DNA of 52,108 nucleotides from the IMG/VR virus record IMGVR_UViG_3300045988_060999. The stretch is one strand, 5' to 3'. The stretch is from a virus. How positions within the stretch are numbered: the first letter of the stretch is position 1; each line of letters begins with the position of its first letter. Below, piece by piece: positions 37,841 through 45,998 of this stretch. A program made the position numbers and the translations under genes. The notes beneath the pieces were generated by a model. That model did no database searches and had not been told where the DNA came from. It saw only the letters and a program-made list of their open reading frames with translations.

Positions 37841-38004
37841 TAATGTTAGAGAAGATTAATTTTTTATTATGGAATTTAATTGTAATTTGTGCAAAAGTTG
37901 TTGGTGTTTTGTTTTTGGTAGCGTTTATTGTTTCGTTGGCATTGTTGATTTATGTTATTGTTATGGCAGTTGTTGATGAAGAAAAGAAAAGATTTAAAAA
38001 ATAA
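37837..38004 (+). CDS. 55-aa two-TM membrane peptide (below the track cut-off)
   Basis: ATGA overlap with the nuclease stop. AAGGAG sits 9 nt upstream. The peptide is MIMLEKINFLLWNLIVICAKVVGVLFLVAFIVSLALLIYVIVMAVVDEEKKRFKK. Confidence 0.55.
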   Translation: MIMLEKINFLLWNLIVICAKVVGVLFLVAFIVSLALLIYVIVMAVVDEEKKRFKK

Positions 38005-38107
38005 GAGTAGAATAATGAGTAAATATTGTAAAGCATACGCGCTCCGTGTAACATATTTAGATTGTTTGGAGTGCGAAACAAAAGAATGTAAGCAGAAAGG
38101 AGATAAC

Positions 38108-38422
38108 ATGGTAAAACGTTATCTTATGTTAGAACCGGGACAAGAAGTTTTTCTTGTGTTTGCAAGTAAGCGAGAAAAATATGATTATAATGTTATTTGC
38201 AAATGCATTGTAAAGTATGCGACCGTATACGAAGAAACAACGGTATACACATTAAGATTAAAAAGTATTGTAGCAGGAAAAAGAAAAGAACATGAAGTTA
38301 GATTTTGGGTGAATACATTCATGTGTGAAAACAGCAACATTGATACAGGAACACGCAATAAACCAAACAGATACCCTGTATTCACAACGAAGGAGAAATG
38401 TTTACAATGGCTAAAAGGTTGA
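38108..38422 (+). CDS. hypothetical protein (alternative start at 38015 would add a Cys-rich N-terminus)
   Basis: An AAGGAG RBS sits 6 nt before ATG 38108. Confidence 0.5.
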   Translation: MVKRYLMLEPGQEVFLVFASKREKYDYNVICKCIVKYATVYEETTVYTLRLKSIVAGKRKEHEVRFWVNTFMCENSNIDTGTRNKPNRYPVFTTKEKCLQWLKG

Positions 38423-38889
38423 ATTGTGCAACGTGTATTTATTTGAATATGCATAAGAAAGAATTTTCAGAGAATGGACATAATTATAGATACGGTTGTG
38501 GTATTGCAGAAAGCGGCTATTTACCGTTTTGGTTATGTGAAAACAGAAATGATATAGAATTGACAACAGGCGGTTGTAGTAATCACAAATCATCGCTAGG
38601 TCTTGGCACAATGTTTAGATTTTTTACAGAAATGAGCAAACAAGGCAATCAAGTATGCCAATATTGTGGAAGAGTTGATGGAAAGAGATTGATATGGAAT
38701 CAGACATATCATATATATAAGCTGGTAAAATCTGAATGGTTTTTGAGACATAGAAAACAAATACAGATTTTACCTGAGAAAACAATAATACACGGTTGTA
38801 TGGTAACAACAAAAGAAGAAAAACAAAGGTTTCATAGAAACATGGCAAGAGCGAGAAAGGAGAACTATTTAAAACAATGTCAAAAATAG
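38398..38889 (+). CDS. Cys-rich hypothetical protein
   Basis: ORF with several Cys pairs. The start is ambiguous (38398 or 38407). Confidence 0.5.
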   Translation: MFTMAKRLNCATCIYLNMHKKEFSENGHNYRYGCGIAESGYLPFWLCENRNDIELTTGGCSNHKSSLGLGTMFRFFTEMSKQGNQVCQYCGRVDGKRLIWNQTYHIYKLVKSEWFLRHRKQIQILPEKTIIHGCMVTTKEEKQRFHRNMARARKENYLKQCQK

Positions 38890-39485
38890 TAATAGGCATT
38901 GACCAGAGTTACGCACGGACTGGCATAACAATACTTGAGGACAAGAAAATATTAGAAATGCACTCAGTAAATTTTGATGGATGCAAAACAAATACAGAAA
39001 AGCGTGAATATTTAAAACAATATTTGGAAAGCCTGTTCGATAATTATAATCTCGATAATGTTACAGTAATCACTGAGCGCATTAGATTACGTTCACAAGG
39101 ATTTCTTTCAGAATCTTATATTAAGTCGACAGGTGCGTTGATTGCGACAATTATAGATGTATTTGCAACGTATGACATTACGGTATATAGTGTAGACACC
39201 AGAAGCTGGAAGAGCCAGATAGTAGGTAATAGTAAGCCATTAGACAATCCATATGGAATCAACAAAGAGAAATACCGTACAATCTTGTATTTGCGTGATA
39301 AAGGGCTTTTGAAATACATAGCAGAACCTTATAAGGGTAGAGGTGAAAAAGGCGTAATAAAGGTCAAAATAGACGGTCAGAGAGTACCTTGTAAAATCAA
39401 TGATGATTTGGCAGATTCCTATTGTATTGCAATGTATGGATTCTTGCCAAAGACAAAACAAAAATTAAAAGAAGAAAAGTTTTAA
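38877..39485 (+). CDS. RuvC-like Holliday junction resolvase
   Basis: The N-terminus reads IVIGIDQSYARTGITILED and the C-terminus reads DDLADSYCIAMYG. Confidence 0.7.
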   Translation: MSKIVIGIDQSYARTGITILEDKKILEMHSVNFDGCKTNTEKREYLKQYLESLFDNYNLDNVTVITERIRLRSQGFLSESYIKSTGALIATIIDVFATYDITVYSVDTRSWKSQIVGNSKPLDNPYGINKEKYRTILYLRDKGLLKYIAEPYKGRGEKGVIKVKIDGQRVPCKINDDLADSYCIAMYGFLPKTKQKLKEEKF

Positions 39486-39489
39486 AATG

Positions 39490-39514
39490 GGAACACGTTT
39501 GTGTTCCTTTTTTT
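39490..39514 (+). terminator. intrinsic terminator
   Basis: GGAACAC-gttt-GTGTTCC followed by seven T. Confidence 0.85.
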
Positions 39515-39515
39515 G

Positions 39516-39544
39516 TTGACAAAACAAAACAAATGGTATATTAT
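39516..39544 (+). promoter_or_regulatory. sigma-A promoter
   Basis: TTGACA, 17-nt spacer, TATTAT (overlapping TATAAT). Confidence 0.65.
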
Positions 39545-39589
39545 AATAACTGTAAATAAGGTATAACAAACAAAGAGGTAGTGAAGAAG

Positions 39590-40387
39590 ATGAAGAGAAC
39601 AAAAACAAATAATGATGTAAATATTAGTTTTAATTCAATAACAGAAGTAGTAAATTATATTGATACAGTAGAAAGAACACCGTTCTATAAAAGTAACCAT
39701 AAATCAGATGATTATAATTATGGTTTTAGGGGTACACATTCAATGGAAGAAGCGAGAGAGCTTTTGTTACATGGCTGGGACGATGGGGCAAAACAGTTAA
39801 AAGATAAATTGGATGCAAAAGTCAATGTAAATAATATTGGATATAGGAACAAGACATTTTATGATGTTACAGGATTTCAGTGTAGTGTTCCAAGATATTT
39901 ACAAGGTATTCCAACAAATATGATAAATAATAAAAGAGTAGCGAAAAAACAAAAGGTTGTAAATATAACCAAAGATTTTGGTTATAGCTGTATAACATCA
40001 AAGGAAACAATGATGTATGAAAGTATAAAGTTTTTACAGGCTGTAGAAAAACTCGAACAACAGGGAGTGCGTTGTAATGTTTTTGTTAGTTTCGTTTCAA
40101 GAAATCCTAGCACTAATGGATATATTGATATCAGAATGAAAGTAAAAGAAAGTTCACAGCGTATGAACTTAAAGCAACTTGCATTTCCATTAGCACATCC
40201 AAGTATGTTTAGAAGAATAACATTTGCTTTAATTGAAAGAATAGAAGATTGTCAAAATTTTGGAGCTGGTTATGGATTTTGTACGAATTGGGAAGATGTA
40301 AAATATTTATACAAGGGTGAATATTATGTGCCAAGAAATGTTAAGGAAGAAGAGATAACAGATATAGAAAAATACAAGGTGCGTTAA
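39590..40387 (+). CDS. VWA-like (CobT-like) protein, degenerate MIDAS
   Basis: KQKVVNITKDFGYSCITSKETMMYESIKFLQAVEKLEQQGVRCNVFVSF follows a VWA beta1-alpha1-beta2 pattern. It is paired with an AAA+ gene. Confidence 0.4.
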   Translation: MKRTKTNNDVNISFNSITEVVNYIDTVERTPFYKSNHKSDDYNYGFRGTHSMEEARELLLHGWDDGAKQLKDKLDAKVNVNNIGYRNKTFYDVTGFQCSVPRYLQGIPTNMINNKRVAKKQKVVNITKDFGYSCITSKETMMYESIKFLQAVEKLEQQGVRCNVFVSFVSRNPSTNGYIDIRMKVKESSQRMNLKQLAFPLAHPSMFRRITFALIERIEDCQNFGAGYGFCTNWEDVKYLYKGEYYVPRNVKEEEITDIEKYKVR

Positions 40388-40400
40388 TTCGCACCTTTTT
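40378..40400 (+). terminator. intrinsic terminator (stop codon in the loop)
   Basis: GGTGCG-ttaatt-CGCACC followed by TTTTT. Confidence 0.8.
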
Positions 40401-40411
40401 AAAATTTGTTG

Positions 40412-40443
40412 TTGACATTTGTTTTGGTCTATGTTATTATAAT
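40412..40443 (+). promoter_or_regulatory. sigma-A promoter, extended -10
   Basis: TTGACA, 17-nt spacer ending in TGt, then TATTATAAT. The leader reads ATCAGAAACAAG. Confidence 0.7.
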
Positions 40444-40492
40444 ATCAGAAACAAGATAACAAAACAAAAACAAATGTGAAGGAGAAAATAAA

Positions 40493-41629
40493 ATGATGAA
40501 AACGAGAGAATTTGAAAGTGTAAAATTCAACAAGGAAACAAACAAAATTGAATGTGCAACAATTACTGATTTTGGCACAGTAGTAATTAAAAGAACACCA
40601 AGAAGACATACAGCAGAAATCAGAGAAGAAATGCTCAAAGGCATTTACAGTTTTGAAATTCAAGGCATCATGTATTGTTACAAAGTTGTAGATTGCAATG
40701 GGAACATGGAACAGTATAGAGAACCAGAAGATTTCAGAAGTGAAGACAGAACAACAAACATGGTAAGAAAGTCTGGAAGACATGAAGTAAACAAAGATAA
40801 AACAGTTCTTACTATTCCAGAAGTTAAACCTGTAAAAGTAAAACCTGTTGAAGAAAAGAAAGAAGAAAAGGAAGAAATACAGGAAGTAAAACATAGTCAG
40901 TATGAAACAATTAAGGCTTGTATTGAAAACGATATTCCAGTATATTTAGCTGGTCCGGCAGGAAGTGGTAAGAACTATACGTTGGAACAAATCAGTTGGG
41001 ATTTAGGACTTGAGTTTTACTTTACGAACTCAGTACAGCAGGAATACAAACTGACAGGCTTTATTGATGCAGGTGGACAGTACCATGAAACAGAATTCTA
41101 TAAAGCATTTAAGAACGGTGGTATCTTTTTCTTAGATGAAATGGATGCATCAATTCCAGAAGTATTGGTTTTACTCAATGCGGCAATTGCAAATAGATAC
41201 TTCGAGTTCCCGAATGGAAAAATCACAGCCCATAAAAACTTCCGTGTTGTAGCCGCAGGTAACACTGTTGGTAGTGGTGCTGATGATATGTACACTGGAA
41301 GACTTGTGTTAGACCAAGCTACACTTGATAGATTTGCAATCATTGATTTTGACTACGATAGAAACATTGAAATGCATATAGCAAAAGGAAATGCAGACCT
41401 TGTGGACTTCATTGAAAATCTGAGAACACAAGCCAATACAAATGGCATTAGAGCAACATTCTCTTACAGATGCATTGGGATGGTAACAAAGTTAGAAAAG
41501 ACAGGTTTACCACTTGAACAGATTCTGAGAATTGCAGTATTCAAAGGAATGACAAAAGACACAATTAACTGTTTCGTGTGTTGTGGAAATAAATACAGTG
41601 ATGCATTAAGAAAAATTAAGGTAGCCTAA
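40493..41629 (+). CDS. AAA+ ATPase (MoxR/CobS-like, AAA_5 type) with an extra N-terminal domain
   Basis: PVYLAGPAGSGKNY (Walker A), IFFLDEMDA (Walker B), VVAAGNT and LDRF. Confidence 0.75.
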   Translation: MMKTREFESVKFNKETNKIECATITDFGTVVIKRTPRRHTAEIREEMLKGIYSFEIQGIMYCYKVVDCNGNMEQYREPEDFRSEDRTTNMVRKSGRHEVNKDKTVLTIPEVKPVKVKPVEEKKEEKEEIQEVKHSQYETIKACIENDIPVYLAGPAGSGKNYTLEQISWDLGLEFYFTNSVQQEYKLTGFIDAGGQYHETEFYKAFKNGGIFFLDEMDASIPEVLVLLNAAIANRYFEFPNGKITAHKNFRVVAAGNTVGSGADDMYTGRLVLDQATLDRFAIIDFDYDRNIEMHIAKGNADLVDFIENLRTQANTNGIRATFSYRCIGMVTKLEKTGLPLEQILRIAVFKGMTKDTINCFVCCGNKYSDALRKIKVA

Positions 41630-41645
41630 AAAGCTACCTTTTCTT
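41618..41645 (+). terminator. intrinsic terminator
   Basis: AAGGTAGC-ctaaaaa-GCTACCTT followed by TTC. Confidence 0.75.
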
Positions 41646-41757
41646 ATAGCTTCTATAGCTTGTATTTTAAGTTTCTAGCGTGTTTATATAGTTCAGTGAT
41701 AAAAGTATAGGATAAATGTATAAAGTGTCTTAAATCGTTAAAATAGGAGGTTAGAGC

Positions 41758-42042
41758 ATGGAATGTAATATAATTGGATGTGGCAGAAAGGTTGTAAAGA
41801 AACCATGTTATAAAACAAAGTATAAAAATATTGTTATTGTAAAATTGGAAAATAGATGCTATTCTATTACACATTATCAGACGGGGATTGCGATTGAATA
41901 TGAAAGATACACTTCAAAACAAAAAGCATTGATAAATCTTGATGATGCTGTTTTTAAAGTTAGAGAAGCATTAGAAAAAAACAATATAAAATCTTTAAAA
42001 CAATATTGTAAACAAAAAGGAATAAAACAAATAAATTTTTAA
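41758..42042 (+). CDS. hypothetical protein
   Basis: AGGAGG RBS. Confidence 0.5.
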   Translation: MECNIIGCGRKVVKKPCYKTKYKNIVIVKLENRCYSITHYQTGIAIEYERYTSKQKALINLDDAVFKVREALEKNNIKSLKQYCKQKGIKQINF

Positions 42043-42057
42043 AGTGAGGAATAAAAC

Positions 42058-42654
42058 ATGAAATTTACAGGAAAAACATTAGAAGAATATAAAGAGTATG
42101 CAAAGAAAAGAAGAAGTAAAAGTGTTATCTGTAAAGTATATGATAAAGAATTTATCGAATACAAACAAAAACATGGTGATGTTCCAATGATAAATGGTGG
42201 CATAATGAGTAATCAATCAAATGACCCATATATGTATTTTTGTACTGTTGGAGATGGTTTTGTGGAAGATGGAAAAACATATATGACTTCAAACTATTAT
42301 ACGATTGAATTTTATAGCGGCATCAAGGGATGTACGATATACAAGTCCATGAATAATAGTATACATTACAAATGTTTTACTTGTGGCGGTAGTGTTGATA
42401 TATTTGGAAAAAATCATTGGAGTGCAGGTTGCAGAGTATATGAGGACTTAGAAGTTGAAGAGATTGTTGAAAAGCTAGTCAACAAAGATTGGAAAACATT
42501 TTACAATATAAAACATAACAAAAACAAACCAAACTATATATTCTTAAAACAAATGAAACAAAGGCTGATAAAAACATTAGAATACAATAAAATAATATAT
42601 AAAAGGGAAAATGGAAAATATGAAGATTACAAATATTATGGTTTGTTAAAATAA
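42058..42654 (+). CDS. hypothetical protein
   Basis: GTGAGG RBS. The protein is Lys/Asn/Tyr-rich. Confidence 0.5.
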   Translation: MKFTGKTLEEYKEYAKKRRSKSVICKVYDKEFIEYKQKHGDVPMINGGIMSNQSNDPYMYFCTVGDGFVEDGKTYMTSNYYTIEFYSGIKGCTIYKSMNNSIHYKCFTCGGSVDIFGKNHWSAGCRVYEDLEVEEIVEKLVNKDWKTFYNIKHNKNKPNYIFLKQMKQRLIKTLEYNKIIYKRENGKYEDYKYYGLLK

Positions 42655-42665
42655 ACTTTCTTTTT

Positions 42666-42715
42666 ATATATATTTATATATATTTTTATTTATAAAAGTT
42701 ATATTTATAAAAGTT
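42666..42715. repeat. AT-only tandem direct repeats
   Basis: ATATATATTT occurs twice (42666-42685). ATTTATAAAAGTT occurs twice (42688-42700 and 42703-42715). Confidence 0.8.
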
Positions 42716-42725
42716 AAAATAGTTA

Positions 42726-42755
42726 TTGACAAATAAAATGTTGTTATGTTAAAAT
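42726..42755 (+). promoter_or_regulatory. sigma-A promoter, extended -10
   Basis: TTGACA, 18-nt spacer, TGtTAAAAT. Confidence 0.6.
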
Positions 42756-42837
42756 GTAATTGAGTAAAAGATAACAAGTTAAACAAAAGATTAAAACAGA
42801 ACAGAAGAAAATATAATAAACAAAGGAGTACAAGAAA

Positions 42838-43071
42838 ATGAATTGGAATATATATTCATCATGTTACGAAGCCGCAAAGCGGATGGAACAAGAAAGAATA
42901 AAACAAGGGCTGAAAGAACATAAAACAGTAAAAGAAGGATGTGACGATTTTCATTGTTATTTTGTAGGAACAGAATTATGTATGTCAGAATCTTGTTACG
43001 AATGTAAATTGAAAAATTGTAGGGGATGTGAACACTTAGAAGAATGTTTTGATGAAATGATGGAGGTATAA
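42838..43071 (+). CDS. Cys-rich small protein, hypothetical
   Basis: AAGGAG RBS. It has multiple CxxC-type pairs. Confidence 0.5.
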   Translation: MNWNIYSSCYEAAKRMEQERIKQGLKEHKTVKEGCDDFHCYFVGTELCMSESCYECKLKNCRGCEHLEECFDEMMEV

Positions 43072-43125
43072 AAATGAGAAGAAAGAAAATAGCATACAAG
43101 ATAGCAATGTTACCAGAAAGGAGCA

Positions 43126-43443
43126 TTGAAGATTATGTATAATTTGCCTGTATATTGGTCTGACAAATTAAAATGTAGTTTTTTACAACGTGTTATATTA
43201 ATTCATTCTTATCTATACTATGAAGCAAATAACAGTGTTATAACTGACAGAGAATATGATGCAATAGCAAAACAGCTTGTAACAATACAACAAAAACATA
43301 CAGTACAATGGATTAAGAACTGTACTCAATATGGTTATGCTTTTTACGATTATGATGGTACAACAGGTTTTGATTTGTGGTATAGACTTGTAACAGAAGA
43401 CAGACGAAAAATATTATCAATCATACAACAGAAAGGAGAATAG
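43126..43443 (+). CDS. protein resembling NAD-dependent DNA ligase domain Ia
   Basis: LIHSYLYYEANNSVITDREYDAIAKQL matches the LigA N-terminal pattern H.YLY......I.D.EYD.L...L. The start is 43126 (TTG) or 43135 (ATG). Confidence 0.4.
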   Translation: MKIMYNLPVYWSDKLKCSFLQRVILIHSYLYYEANNSVITDREYDAIAKQLVTIQQKHTVQWIKNCTQYGYAFYDYDGTTGFDLWYRLVTEDRRKILSIIQQKGE

Positions 43444-43444
43444 A

Positions 43445-43621
43445 ATGGATAGAATGGATATAGTATCTTATACAAGAGAAATAGTAGAAGCTGAGACACG
43501 TTATAAAGATTTGTTTGGTACTGAGGAATTTAAAGAAATGCGTTCCCGTGCCTGTGGTTCTTGTAAGCCTTATTTGGAGTTTATCGAAGATGATATAAGG
43601 CGTAAATTAACTGAGGAATAA
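43445..43621 (+). CDS. 58-aa hypothetical protein (below the track cut-off)
   Basis: The ATG sits directly after the previous stop. The frame is open to TAA 43619-43621. Confidence 0.4.
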   Translation: MDRMDIVSYTREIVEAETRYKDLFGTEEFKEMRSRACGSCKPYLEFIEDDIRRKLTEE

Positions 43622-43632
43622 AAATGGGAAAT

Positions 43633-43680
43633 AGGGCATAAATAGAGGCTTACAAAGCATATCTATATTGCCCTTTTCTT
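43633..43680 (+). terminator. interrupted hairpin terminator
   Basis: AGGGCA..ATAGA pairs with TCTAT..TGCCCT. TTTTCTT follows. Confidence 0.5.
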
Positions 43681-43705
43681 ATGCAAAAATATAGGAGATA
43701 GCAAA

Positions 43706-44407
43706 ATGACAAAACGCTCAACAAAGTTTTATCGTAAAAATGAAGCAGAAGTAATGAAAAGGATAGGTTTTAAACCTACTCGAAACTCAGGTGCTACTTG
43801 GATAGAAAAGTGTGACGGTCAATCAGACCATTGTATATGTGAGTTAAAATCAACAGACAATAGTTCTTTTACGGTAAAACAAGAATATTTACATACGTTA
43901 GAATCTCATGCAATAGAAGCCCATAAATTACCTGTATTTGCTTTTCAATTCCTTAATACAGACGAAGTATGGCTTTCGATAAAAGAATCCGATATAGAAG
44001 CATTTAAAGACCTCATAAAGCAATCTGTGTTAGAAGAAATAAAAGAAGAACGAGAAAAAGAAGAAAACAAGCTGTCACCATTGTTAGAAAAAAAATATAA
44101 AAAAAATGTTGACAAAGCACTTGACAATGTGTATGATAAGGGGGAGAAAAGAAAAGGGGGTTTGAAGTCTTCGACTTCATGCCACATATTACAGAACTCT
44201 TCGAGTTCAAGTAATAAAGATGTTATAACAAACAATACAAACAATGTTTTACTTGAAGTAAATAAACACAAAGCAAAACAGAGTATTGAAGCGAGAAAAC
44301 TTTTCTTGAAAGAAAAACAAAAAGAACAAGAATATTATGAAACAATGCAGAAGGAAAGAAACAAGAACAGAAGAAGAACTATAACACAGAACAGAAAGGA
44401 ATATTGA
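43706..44407 (+). CDS. PD-(D/E)XK (Hjc-like) nuclease with a basic Lys/Glu-rich tail
   Basis: EAEVMKRIGFKPTRNSGATWIEKCDGQSDHCICELKST follows the E...SG..(D)...E.K pattern. Confidence 0.5.
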   Translation: MTKRSTKFYRKNEAEVMKRIGFKPTRNSGATWIEKCDGQSDHCICELKSTDNSSFTVKQEYLHTLESHAIEAHKLPVFAFQFLNTDEVWLSIKESDIEAFKDLIKQSVLEEIKEEREKEENKLSPLLEKKYKKNVDKALDNVYDKGEKRKGGLKSSTSCHILQNSSSSSNKDVITNNTNNVLLEVNKHKAKQSIEARKLFLKEKQKEQEYYETMQKERNKNRRRTITQNRKEY

Positions 44408-44408
44408 T

Positions 44409-44807
44409 TTGGAAAAGAAATTCAAACAAAAAGGTATTGCAACATTTGAAGGTATGAACATTGGAAAAAATAAAACAGTGCAAGTTACTTTCAAGTTGCG
44501 TTATGATGAAATTCTTACAAGTGTCGAATTGTTACAAGGTTTAAATAGTGATATTACAGTACAGGCAAAATGTGGAACTGGTAAAGCTATGAACCTTGGA
44601 ATTTTTACAATTGGTGCTGTAAACTTCGACAAAGACGGAAATGCAAAGATTCCATTCAAGTCTATGGTTGATAATGTGAATCTTGATAACATTTGCAGCC
44701 TTGTAGACGAGGATTATATACAGTTACGTTTTGTGGCTGTAATCGAATTACCAGATAATGGTGAGGAAGAACAGGAAGGAAGTGAAACAAGCGAATGGGA
44801 AGATTAA
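44409..44807 (+). CDS. hypothetical beta-rich protein with an acidic tail ending in EWED
   Basis: TTG start (alternatively an ATG at 44454). The C-terminus reads NGEEEQEGSETSEWED. Confidence 0.5.
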   Translation: MEKKFKQKGIATFEGMNIGKNKTVQVTFKLRYDEILTSVELLQGLNSDITVQAKCGTGKAMNLGIFTIGAVNFDKDGNAKIPFKSMVDNVNLDNICSLVDEDYIQLRFVAVIELPDNGEEEQEGSETSEWED

Positions 44808-45046
44808 ATTACACAGAACTTGCAAAAGCAAGAATTAAAGAAAAAAGAAATGTGGTAATTTCAGAAGCACAAAATCTGGAAGGAGAAACACTTGGTTATT
44901 CTGTTGCAGAACAGTTGGTAACAGAAGAAGAAGGAAAAGAAAGAAAAGTTTTCCTCCGAGGTGGTCTTGGGATTATGTCCGAGGATGGTTTAAAAAGTCT
45001 GAAATTTGCAGTCGATGAAGCACTGAAAAAAGTTTCAGAAAAATAA
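44795..45046 (+). CDS. hypothetical protein
   Basis: ORF overlapping the previous gene end. Confidence 0.5.
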   Translation: MGRLNYTELAKARIKEKRNVVISEAQNLEGETLGYSVAEQLVTEEEGKERKVFLRGGLGIMSEDGLKSLKFAVDEALKKVSEK

Positions 45047-45055
45047 AAATAGTTG

Positions 45056-45084
45056 TTGACAAAATGTTAGACCTGTGTTAGAAT
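45056..45084 (+). promoter_or_regulatory. sigma-A promoter, extended -10
   Basis: TTGACA, 17-nt spacer, TGtTAGAAT. Confidence 0.65.
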
Positions 45085-45153
45085 AAAATCAACAACAGAA
45101 GTTGAAGCAAAAAAAATAAAAGAACAAAGCAAAACAGAAAAGGAGAAACAAAA

Positions 45154-45912
45154 ATGGCAAAAAATTGGAGCGCATATGAAGCGGCAAAAGAACTGTATGG
45201 AACAAACAAGGAGAACATTGAAGAAATCGGTAGCAGATACCCATTATTCGCAAGAACAGTAGCAATGGATAACAGTCCATTCCTGTTAGACCTGCTGTCA
45301 GCAATTCCGAAAGTAACAGCTAGAGTTGTTGAAACTGGACTGAAAACAAATCAGGATGATATTGTGGATGCAGAAGCAGAAGATGTTACAGAAGCACAGG
45401 AAGAAAAATCTGAAACAAAGAAAGCAAGTGCAAAGAAAGCAAAAGAAGAGCCGGATGAATCCAGCGAAGATTATGAAAGCATGAGCGCTAAAGACCTGTA
45501 TGCACTGTGTTGTAAACGTGGTATTTCTTCTATGTGTAAATCCAGAAAGAAAGATGCACTGATTGAGTTACTGGAAAAACTGGACAATGGAGAAATCGAA
45601 CCTGCAAAGAAGAAAGCAACAGCAAAGGCAGAGCCAAAGAAAGACACCAAATCTGCAAAGAAAGAAGAACCAGAAGAAGCCGAGGATGAAGATTGGGACG
45701 ATGAAGACGAAGAAGAATCTGACCCATATGCAGGAAAGCCTGCAAAAGAACTGTATAAGATGTGTGTAGATAGAGGTATCAAAACACAGCCGAAACAGAA
45801 ACCGGAGAAATACGCAGAACTTCTGAAAAAAGCAGATGCAGAAGCAAAAGAAGCAGATGGTGAAGATTGGGAAGACGAAGAAGCAGAAGACGATGATGAA
45901 TGGGAAATCTAA
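45154..45912 (+). CDS. highly acidic protein with two HeH/SAP-like motifs; tail ends in EWEI
   Basis: The two motifs are MSAKDLYALCCKRGISSMCKSRKKDALIELLEKL and KPAKELYKMCVDRGIKTQPKQKPEKYAELLKKA. Asp/Glu-rich runs surround them. Confidence 0.6.
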   Translation: MAKNWSAYEAAKELYGTNKENIEEIGSRYPLFARTVAMDNSPFLLDLLSAIPKVTARVVETGLKTNQDDIVDAEAEDVTEAQEEKSETKKASAKKAKEEPDESSEDYESMSAKDLYALCCKRGISSMCKSRKKDALIELLEKLDNGEIEPAKKKATAKAEPKKDTKSAKKEEPEEAEDEDWDDEDEEESDPYAGKPAKELYKMCVDRGIKTQPKQKPEKYAELLKKADAEAKEADGEDWEDEEAEDDDEWEI

Positions 45913-45998
45913 TTTCTACAAAATGTAACTTGTAAACGAAACAAATAAAATATATTCGAAATAGACTCTTTACTTGGTATCAAAAACAAAATCACTAT

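Noticed and set aside
43628-43640. Possible fourth copy of the ATAGGGGCAAA element (AAATAGGGCATAAATAG, preceded by AAAATGGG).
   Set aside because: It matches only a degenerate version, with one G missing and a different 3' half. The segment forms the 5' arm of a terminator hairpin (pairing with CTATATTGCCC), which explains the sequence by itself.
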